From: Amoebidium appalachense
Lineage: Eukaryota; Protista; Ichthyosporea
Length of the DNA stretch: 64,000 bases
NCBI GenBank assembly: GCA_963693365.1
Contig: CAVNZM010000002.1
Span: 15,409,615 to 15,473,614 of the forward strand
Direction of reading: 5' to 3'
Below, one piece after another: positions 55,610 through 64,000 of the stretch (position 1 is its first letter; the number at the start of each line of letters is the position of its first letter). A model generated the notes under the pieces. That model was not told where the DNA came from and made no database searches. It worked only from the letters and a program-made list of their open reading frames with translations. Made by a program: the position numbers and the translations under genes.

Positions 55610-56710
55610 GCAGTCTGAGGCTTTTCTGTGGTGGCAACGGAAGAGGGGGTTGAGGGAGCATTCTTGTTTTGAAGAAAACATACAAGATCTGCATGGAAGA
55701 GCGGGAAAAGGAATACGGGCAGTTTTTACATTGTATATAGACGAGGGCTTTCCCTCCAGGCCACTGGTAGGATTCCCCTTCATGAGCCTGGGAGTCTCTC
55801 TCGTTTTCCTCGACAACCAACTTTGGGAGACGTCCTCGACTCCTCATGTAGCACATCTGCTGGCTATAGAAAAGCGGATCTCTACACTCCTGGTTTAGAA
55901 CGATATGGTTTTACAGGATTTTTTTTTGTATTTTTTACGAAGCAGAGGAAAGGCATGTAATGGCATGCTGGGGTAGGAGGAAGTGTGCATGGTTACCTCT
56001 CGTTCTTGGACGGTGACCAAGGATCCCGTTGGTGTTCATTTTTATTTGTTGTTTTCTTATCTCCCTTTGTGAGAGTTTCCCACTGATGCCAAAGAACATC
56101 TAGGTTTTGTAAACTAAGAGATTGTTTTTCCTCCCCCAAATCGCTTGATTCAACCGTGTCTTGCTCATCATCCCCTGCATGGTTACACCTTTTTTTGAAG
56201 TGGCTGGTACCGGCCGGGCTCAACTTTGCAGGCTCCGGGTATGTTTCCTCTATGGCTTGATTATCTTGAACCCTGTAAGTTGACTTGTATCGCCCTGGTG
56301 CCGCTAATTGACACATTGCTTGAGGACCCCAGTAATCTTGCAGTGAGGAGAGCGCTAATGCAATGACATCTGACCAACCCACTCTTCATGTGCAGCAAAA
56401 CATGGCCGAGCAACATCACTTCAGTGCCGTCGAGCACGAACGGTACCACAACAAGCTGACACACATACTCGACGATGAAACTGAAGATGGTACCATACCC
56501 CCCCACATGCACAAACAACAAGCCCCCTCATCTCACCCCTCCCCCTCCCCCCCCCCCCCCCCCCCCCCCCCTCCACCCCCTCCCCCGCAAAGTCACCCAT
56601 CCATCCGCCCCCACCTGCATCTCAACCCACACGCGGCCACCCACGCTCACTCGCACACACCGACACACGCACACACACATACAGACAAGTCCATAGCAAA
56701 AAAGGCTTGA

Positions 56711-56747
<37 letters not shown>

Positions 56748-57662
56748 CCAAACACACACACACACCTTCGGTCCCTTCTTGGACAAGGTCCATGATTTCT
56801 TCCCGGAGGGAGGAGGGAGGGGGGGGAGTTTTGTGGTCAGGGGTTGAGGAGGGCAAACGAAACACGAGACTTACGAGCACACAGCACTTCTCGTACGTCC
56901 TGACTTGATTGTGTTGAACGTCAGGGGGGCTGGGGTGGAGCGTTTTTTATATTGTTTTATTTATTTATTTATGTATTTATTTATTTATATTGTTGTTGTT
57001 TTTTTCTTTCTTTTTTTTTTTTTGGGGGGGGGGGGGGGGGAGGGGGGGGGGGGGGGGACAGGGTGCACGTGCAAACACTATGATAAGTTCTTGCAAACAT
57101 CTCCTGTTTCGAGTGGTGCGTGGTGGAAAAAAAATTGGTCCAAACCGAAGAAGACCAGAACATGTGGAAACACAGAATTCAAGCACCACACGTGCTGTTT
57201 CGGCAGTATTCAAGGCTGTACTTTCTTTCGTTATCTGTTTATTTATTTGTTTATTTATTTATACGCTTACTTACTTACTCACCTAATTGCTTGGGAAGGG
57301 AAAGGGGGGAATGAAGCTACCCACTTTTTCTGGATGGCTTTTCCACCTAATTTATTTAATAACCTTTTTTACTCTTCAAGTTTCTGGATGCCCTTTATCT
57401 TTTTTTTTCTCACCTTTTTTTTCACTCGTTACTTCATGGCTTTGCTTTACGTCTTGCTTCTAAGTGCTTTTTGTAACTCAATTTTTCTAGGCACACGGTT
57501 ACGCAATTCTTTCCACTCGTTCTTTCTGCCCCCCTCCCCCCCCCCCCCCCCCCCCCCCCGTTTCCCCCTTCCGTGTAATTTTTCTGGTAATTTTCTCACA
57601 CCATTTTTTCGCTGAATGCTTGTTTACTAATACTCTGGGGGGACACAGTTGAGGGGGCGCCT

Positions 57663-58904
57663 ATGCAGACGGATGACGGTAGTGACACCGAGTCGTCGGA
57701 CATTGAGCGCGTAGCACAGAGTGCAGAGGGCATGTGTGTGGAGTGTGGGGACCAGCCTGCTATGCTCAACTGCGAGAACTGTGCGGATGATTTCTGCGAA
57801 GTGTGCTTTCAGGTGCGTGGAGGGGAAGCTGTGGGTGGCAGGGGAGAAGGGTTGGTAGTATCGTGAGATCTGTTTTTGGAGGGTTGGGGTGGGTGAGGGG
57901 GGGGGGAAGGTGGGATGGGAGGTGTTGTGTGTGTGTGTCTGTTGGGGGAGGAATGGGAAGGGGGGGGGGGGGGGGGGGGGGGGGGGGTGTCCCCTGCATG
58001 GTGTGCTGATATCCACCTATGTGTTCATGGTAGGCGCTGCACCGTAAGGGCCAGCGCAAGCGCCACTCAGCCAAGCCCCTGCCTGGGGCCGACCAGCAGC
58101 CAGGCAACGTGGCAAAGGTCCCCCGACTGGACGTGGGCCCCGTGCAGCAACAAACAGAGCACAGGTAGGCCCTGATGCTGCCCTCATGTCTTTACAATGG
58201 TCTTGTTTCCATGCCTTAGAGGTATCCTGTTGCGGTGTTTGGTTCTTGCCCTGACTTGACTTTGCTTTGTTTTTGGGATGTGGGGAGTAGGGTGTAATGA
58301 ACAAGATGGTGTCATTGAAAAAGGCTAAATGTGGGGCGTAAGCAGGGAGGGGGGAAGGGGGAGGATGGACGTTTTTTGGGGGGGGGGGGGGGGGAGGGGG
58401 GGGGGGGGGGGGGGGAGTGCTGAGAGATATTGAGATATGAGTGGGGGTTTGAGTACGCTCTAGTTTAATTGTTTTGCTTTTTTTCTTTTTTGATTTTCGT
58501 ATTTTTTTCATTCAATTATTTATTTATTTCCTTTTGGGGGGGGGGGAGGGGGGAGGGAGGGAGGGGGAGGGGCACATAAGCCGTTCAGTTAAACTGATCA
58601 TCTCCCCTCTCCCCCCCCTCACAAACAGTGAGAAAGCAACGGAGGAGTCTCTGTCATCGGACGAGGGAGAGCAGGGGGCAGTAGGGCCACATGTGGGGGG
58701 GCAGTTTGTTGAGCGCAGCATGTACATCCCCCTGCGGCTGAGCTTTGAGGAGAGGAAGGGTCTGCGACTGCTGGAGGCTGCACTCAATGTCAGCGAGTAC
58801 ACCGACAAGGTCGACATCTTCAGTGCAAAGTCAAAGCAGAAGCGCATAGTCGAGCAGGTGGGCATGCGGGTGTGGCTTTGCGTGTTTGTTTGTTTTTTTT
58901 TGCT

Positions 58905-58941
<37 letters not shown>

Positions 58942-59224
58942 GGGGGGGGTGGTTGTGTGTGTGTGTGTGGGGGGGGGGAGTTGTGGGGGGAAGGGGGGGG
59001 GGGTAGAGGGGGGGGATGGGGAGGTGTGTGTGGTGGGGTTGTGGGGAAAGGAAGAGGGGGAGAAGGGGCATGGTACTGGGTAGGCGGGTGTTTTTTGCCC
59101 CCCCTTGGCAGAGAAGCTTTACTCTTTTCTTTTCTTTCTGTTCCTTCCCCCACCGACCCACACACCCACACGCACACGCACCCCCCCCCCCCCCCCCCCC
59201 CCCCCCCCGTTTTTAATCCCTTTT

Positions 59225-59294
<70 letters not shown>

Positions 59295-59404
59295 TTGTGT
59301 ATGTGGTTGGTATGTGGTGTCTATTCTTTTCCTTTTATTTTTCATTTTTTTGTGCTTGTATTCAGATGCCTGAACATCTTTGATTCGGGTGTATGCCTCG
59401 TTCT

Positions 59405-59453
<49 letters not shown>

Positions 59454-59865
59454 AAAAAAAAAAAAAAAAGAAAAAGAAAAAAAAGAAAGAAAGAAAGAAA
59501 GAAAGAAACTGAATTTAGGATTTAGATGAAAAGCAGACGGGTGGATGTTTAGTGGTGGGTGGCAAAATAGAAAAAGAAGGAACAGAAAAAGAGAATCTGT
59601 GGACAGGTTTGTTGCAATTATGTTTTGGCTCTGTATGCAAACCATTTTCTGACCATGCCATGGTGATCGTGCATTACCACACATAGCTATGCTGCACACA
59701 TGCAAACACACGGTACATATTCACACACGTGCCAGCACACACACACACATACACACTCGCGCACACACACATACACACACATACATGCACATGCACACAC
59801 ACATACACACACATACATGCACATGCACACACACCACCCACACACACACTTCTTGTACACCCACA

Positions 59866-59897
<32 letters not shown>

Positions 59898-60145
59898 CAC
59901 ACACACCCATACACGTACACGCACACATTGTGACACACACGTACACACACACACACACCCACGTACACACACACACCGCAGGTCAAGGACATATGTGCGA
60001 TCCTGTCTGGTCTGCTTGTAGCTGCGGACTACAAGGCCGGGCAGCAGCTGGTCAAGGACAGGGAGTTTGCTGACAACGAGGAGTTTTTCCAGATGGTCTT
60101 CGAGATCGGCCGCAGATACAAGATCCTCAACCCAGGTAGGTGCTT

Positions 60146-60189
<44 letters not shown>

Positions 60190-60431
60190 GGGGGGGGGGG
60201 GGGGGGGGGGGGGGGATTTCATATAGAACCAACCTATCGATTCCTGGTTATATACGTGAATGTTCATAAACTATGGTACACACACACGCACACACACACA
60301 CGCACACACACACACATACACCACCGAGTATACAAAGACCACCTAACACCACACACGGGCGTGTACTATCCCCACCAAGCACAACACACACGCGTGCACG
60401 TACACACACACACTTACTCGTTTGCTCGCTT

Positions 60432-60482
<51 letters not shown>

Positions 60483-61882
60483 CACACACGCGCGCGCGCC
60501 CACACACACACATGCACACACACACACACACACACCTCCCCCCCCCCCCCCCCCCCCCCCCCCCAACACACACACACACAAACACTTACCTCCCCCCATC
60601 CTCCTTCCCCCCCCCCTCCCTCCTCCCCCCGTTCCCCCCCACACACGTACACTCACTCACCTTGACCAACCCAACCCTAACTCCTTCTCTCTCAGAGCGC
60701 ATGCGTTCATCCTACGGCAAACTAGTCTACCTTCTTCAGGACACACAACAGGAGGACGTGCAAGAACTCCTCGAGTTTTCATGTGTGCGCCCCCTCAAAA
60801 CCGTCTATCGCCTACTGGAAGAAAAGGGCGCACTAGACCTCCTACGTCACGAATACATCGAAATAGCAACAAGAGTGATTGCCCCCGAGGGAAAATCACG
60901 GTGGGAGGTGCAGAGGGAAATCGAGCAGAAAAACAGAGCGGTTAAGTATCTGGTGAGGAAGTTTGCACGGCCGGACAGTCTTACACCGGACGAGGTGGAA
61001 ATGTGTTTGTATTCCATCAACGATAACAACACGTTCCTGTATGCGAACAGGGACCCATGCGACGCGGTACGTGATTGAGTGTTGTGGCGTATTGTGCCCT
61101 CGTGCTTCGTTTCTCCTATCTTTCAACACATAGGTGCAGCAGTAGGCAGGATTGTGCCCAAACCGTGTGTTTACTTGTGTGTGCTGTCACGTATCCGCAC
61201 AATCATAGGAAAACGGGTGTGCCCTGACATTTATGCCCTTTGTGCATCGTGTTCTTCATTCTCGGCCATGATTTGTACCGCTCAGTGCCTTTTCTATTTT
61301 ACATCCAAATGTCCCCCCCCCCCCCCCCCCCCCCCCCCTCCCCTCTGAGTTGGGTTTCGTTAACGAGGTGAATAGGTCGAAACTCGGGTAATGTGGATGA
61401 TTTGGGCCCCCCTGAGGATGGGCTCTGCTTATTATGCATACTCTTTATGTATGGCTTGCATCCTGCATCGTGTTATCCGTTTGTTCTTGTGTACTTCGTA
61501 CTTTTTGACGCATTCAAACCCCCCCAAGGATCTCGGTCTCCTGAGTTCCATATCTATATTATTCTTGCTTTTTGCTTGCTGCTGCAGCTTTAACTCCTGC
61601 CCTTGCCTGTTTCCTGCTCGCAAAAGTATTTCTGCTCGTCTCTGATCATGACGGGCGACCCACCCATGTTCAAGTGAACCATAATCGGAGTTGGTTTTTG
61701 GACCGAAACTCTGGTACTGTGAATGACATGGGTCCCGCGAGGATGGGCGCTGCCAATTACTCAGACTCTTTTGTGTGTGCTTTGCACTCTGCATTGTGTT
61801 GTCCGTTATAAATGCGTACTTGTTACTCCGTATCACATTCTAACCGCAAACACCCCCCCTCCCTCTCCACACACATGCACGT

Positions 61883-61953
<71 letters not shown>

Positions 61954-62181
61954 ACCCTAATTGCACAGATGATCGACTACCTGACGACGCACTTCCGACC
62001 GGACACGTACGAGGAGGGGCTGAGCCTGTCTATTGCAGCAGGCAGGCACGGTGCCCGTCTGACTCACAGCCACGAGAGGCAGTACCACTATGTGCTGCAG
62101 AGTCTGACCCTGTGGAGGGAGATATTGCATGACTTCTTCAAGCTGTGGTACCTGGCTGGTAAATGCCTGCCTGTATCTGAT

Positions 62182-62216
<35 letters not shown>

Positions 62217-62217
62217 G

Positions 62218-62259
<42 letters not shown>

Positions 62260-62598
62260 TGTCTTATGATCCAACGTTCGGTACTCACTCTTGTTTCTTT
62301 TCAGTTCCTTTTTCATTTCTCCTTCTTCTTCTCGTCCTTCTCTTCCCCCCCCCCCCCCCCCCCCCCCCCTTTTTCTTTCCCCTTATATCCCTCCCGGCTT
62401 CATAACTTCAGTCTTAGCCCTTCTACTTACTGGCACACCCCTACGTTAAGCTTGCACCTACACAAAAGACACGCTCAACTCGCTCCTTGAGGCACACGAA
62501 TGCACACGTGCACACACACGCACACGCTCCCTCTCTCTCTCTCTCCCCTCTGCCCTCTCTCCCCACTCTCTCTCTCTCCCCCCACCCCCCCCCCTTTC

Positions 62599-62634
<36 letters not shown>

Positions 62635-62645
62635 CCCCCCCCCCC

Positions 62646-62676
<31 letters not shown>

Positions 62677-63467
62677 GTCTGTCTCTCTCTCTGTGTGTGT
62701 GTGTGTGTGTGTGGCTCTCTCTCTCTTCACCTATCCCCCTCTCTCACACACACACGAGATACTCACCCACGTCACCCCCCTCTCATATTTTCCCCTCTGG
62801 TTGCGAATTCTGCGGCCTTCGGGACTTATTTCTTTTCAGCTGGTGTAGTATGTTAGCCAGGGAAGTATCGACTTAGGTATCGACGGGGGAGCTTCCTAGA
62901 AGCCCCGTCTCCTGAGTTCCTATCTATATTTTTCTTGCTTCTGCTTACTGCTGCAACTTTAACCCCCGGCCTTTCCCACTGCCCTTGCCTTGCATAAGCA
63001 ACCCTGCTCGTCTCTGATCAAGACGGGTGACCTCCCCATGTTGAAGTGAAACAGTATCTGAGTTGGGTTTCGTTAACGAGGTGAATAGGTCGAAACTCGG
63101 GTACTGTGGATGACGTGGGCCCCCCCTGAGGATGGGCTCTGCTTATTATGCATACTCTTTATGTATGGCTTGCATTCTGCATCGTGTTATCCGTTTGTTC
63201 TTGTGTACTTCGTACTTTTTGACGCATTCAAACCCCCCCCCCCCCCCCCCTCCCCCCCCAGAGGATGATCTTCTCAGCAGCACCAGCCCCTACCGTCTTC
63301 GTGACACAGGCCAGGGCCTTAACCGTGTGCAGGCCTGCCCCCAGACCTCACGGCTCATGCACCGCATACTGCACAAGGCCCAGTCCAAGGTGGCCAACTG
63401 GGTCGGGTCCAGCGTCATACACATGGGCGACCACAATGTGCCAAACGCACTCATGTTCATCGACAAG
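57663..63467 (+). CDS. UPF0652 / DUF2009-family protein with N-terminal B-box-like zinc finger; 3'-incomplete
   Basis: Exons 57663-57812, 58034-58164, 58629-58857, 59982-60135, 60696-61066, 61969-62158 and 63262-63467, phase-consistent. Motifs: CVECGDQPAMLNCENCADDFCEVCFQALHRKG, IPLRLSFEER, LNVSEYTDKVD, EIGRRYKILNPERMRSSYGKL, GARLTHSHERQY, TGQGLNRVQ, WVGSSVIHMGDHNVPNALMFIDK. No stop inside the window. Confidence 0.92.
61345..61850 (+). repeat. Dispersed intronic element: 3' half copy (61345-61525) followed by a full diverged copy (61536-61850)
   Basis: 61345-61525 is nearly identical to 63058-63236. 61536-61850 aligns with 62907-63235 at lower identity. Confidence 0.88.
62907..63236 (+). repeat. 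Full-length copy (~330 bp) of the dispersed structured intronic element, ending just before a 3' splice site
   Basis: Runs GTCTCCTGAGTTCC...CTGCTCGTCTCTGATCAAGACGGGTGACC...CGAAACTCGGGTACTGTGGATGACGTGGGCCCC...CTGAGGATGGGCTCTGC...TTTTGACGCATTCAAACCCC, then poly-C and CAG|exon 7. Confidence 0.88.
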
Positions 63468-63631
63468 GTGTGTGCGTGGTGCTTGTGGATGGGCAGTGCT
63501 TGCATGAGGGAATATGTGTTGCTTGGGACAGGGATATGGGCTGGAATGAGGGGAAGAATGAGGTTATGAACTGCGGGTGGTGTATTCGCTACGTGGCGAG
63601 AACAGCAGGGACAGGTTTTTTTTTTTTTTTT

Positions 63632-63662
<31 letters not shown>

Positions 63663-64000
63663 GGGGGAGGGGGGGGATGGCAAAACGTTTGCCTCGTCCG
63701 GGGGTGTGGCTGTAACAATTCTTGCTCTGAATGATCATGAGTTTTATGATAGGAGGAATGATGTGCATACAGTACAGTGCCCACTTACGATTGCAATGTG
63801 ACACACTACGCCATTGCACGCATAACAAAGCACCTGAATATTTACACATTATCCCACATATGGCATGGCTTACTATTCTCATGTCTTCGCATAACACATC
63901 CACCTGCACTTGCCCATCATCTGCCGCATTTGCACACAGTACCCACACGTATATTCACGTTGCATATTTGCATATGCAAACATCACCCACTTGTCGATGC

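Noticed and set aside
55614-56520. ORFs 55590..55898(+) and 55993..56382(-)
   Set aside because: No recognisable motifs or coherent exon chain; perhaps decayed transposon or gene sequence.
63030-63120. SECIS or kink-turn (GTGAA...GGAT around a long helix)
   Set aside because: It is intronic rather than in a 3' UTR, has no apical AA at the right spacing, and the GA pairs are not kept in the 61536-61850 copy.
63050-63145. Hammerhead ribozyme in the intronic element (CTGAGGA/CTGATGA and CGAAAC...GTA present)
   Set aside because: I could not build stems I and II around the core motifs in any permutation. It is kept only as an unclassified structured RNA.

Overview
This is eukaryotic nuclear DNA with very simple-repeat-rich introns and intergenic regions (poly-G/poly-C, (CA)n/(GT)n, (CT)n). 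Most ORFs in the six-frame track are translations of those repeats. A unicellular holozoan such as an ichthyosporean is my guess, because an animal-like MICU1 sits alongside a UPF0652 gene; this is inference only. Assembling exons by hand with GT-AG sites and consistent phase gives eight host genes: a small secreted protein (-), endonuclease G (+), an ankyrin-repeat protein with a K/E-rich tail (+), mitochondrial ribosomal protein mL50 (+), an AdipoR/PAQR receptor (-), an apparently intronless MICU1 (+), an internally duplicated multi-pass membrane protein (-) and a B-box/UPF0652 protein (+, runs off the right edge). The left end carries the N-terminal part of a Helitron-type RepHel gene (DUF6570-like) with duplicated and tandemly repeated upstream DNA. 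There are also two clear non-autonomous TIR elements and one weaker candidate. The most intriguing unexplained signal is a ~330-bp dispersed element. It occurs only in introns, always sense to the host pre-mRNA, and its multi-stem fold is kept between diverged copies. Also notable, many 3' splice sites use (CA)n or poly-C instead of a U-rich tract. All calls come from reading the sequence; no searches were run.
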